From positions 2,356,001-2,420,000 of the forward strand of contig NC_086098.1 in the NCBI RefSeq assembly GCF_963921235.1: a DNA stretch of 64,000 bases. The letters are read 5' to 3'. The position numbers were made by a program, and so were the translations under genes. The DNA is from Mobula hypostoma (lineage: Eukaryota). The notes under the pieces were generated by a model. The model saw only the letters and a program-made list of their open reading frames with translations. It was not told where the DNA came from and searched no databases. Of the stretch, positions 63,591 through 64,000 are shown in pieces (position 1 is the stretch's first letter; each line of letters begins with the position of its first letter).

Positions 63591-64000
63591 TACTGGACCA
63601 GGGATGCTTCCCTGATGTCATGGATTCTTGATTACATGACTGGCAGTCCACAGTACATGTGCTTGCAACACTGTGTGTCCAACAGAATGATCAGCAGCAC
63701 TGGGGCTCCACAGGGGACTGTCTTGTCTCCCTTTCTCTTCACCATTTACACCTCGGACTTCAACTACTGCACAGAGTCTTGTCATCTTCAGAAGTTTTTG
63801 GATGACTCTGCCATAGTTGGATGCATCAGCAAGGGAGATGAGGCTGAGTACAGGGCTATGGTAGGAAACTTTGTCACATGGTGTGAGCAGAATTATCTGC
63901 AGCTTAAAGTGAAAAAGACTAAGGAGCTGGTGGTAGACCTGAGGAGAGCTAAGGTACCGGTGACCCCTGTTTCCATCCAGGGTGTCAGTGTGGACATGGT
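63591..64000 (+). mobile_element. Rex1/Babar RT fragment, open to the window end
   Basis: WILDYMTG..TGAPQGTVLSPFLFTIYTSDF..QKFLDDSAIVG..KKTKELVVD. Confidence 0.9.

Overview
Eukaryotic, repeat-dominated intronic or intergenic DNA. The repeat inventory suggests a cartilaginous fish, probably a ray; this is inferred from the sequence, not searched. I found no host protein-coding exon, rRNA, genuine tRNA gene or CRISPR array, and nearly all provided ORFs are TE fragments, antisense shadows or low-complexity artefacts. The window holds many nested CR1 LINEs, including one near-full-length copy at 428-4519 (zinc-finger/coiled-coil + SGNH-esterase ORF1, APE-RT ORF2, 4-bp TSD). It also holds Rex1/Babar LINEs and tails, RTE pieces, Penelope-like elements with GIY-YIG remnants, V-domain and CORE-type tRNA-SINEs, Tc1 and mariner MITEs with extra internal TIRs, nested hAT elements and a 45-bp minisatellite. 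Two items stand out: minimal hammerhead-ribozyme motifs in the Penelope pseudo-LTRs (best copies 43206-43241 + and 44499-44534 -), and a Sleeping Beauty-subfamily Tc1 at 47120-48570 that is a horizontal-transfer candidate. Boundaries of degenerate repeats are approximate (tens of bp) unless a TSD or TIR is quoted.
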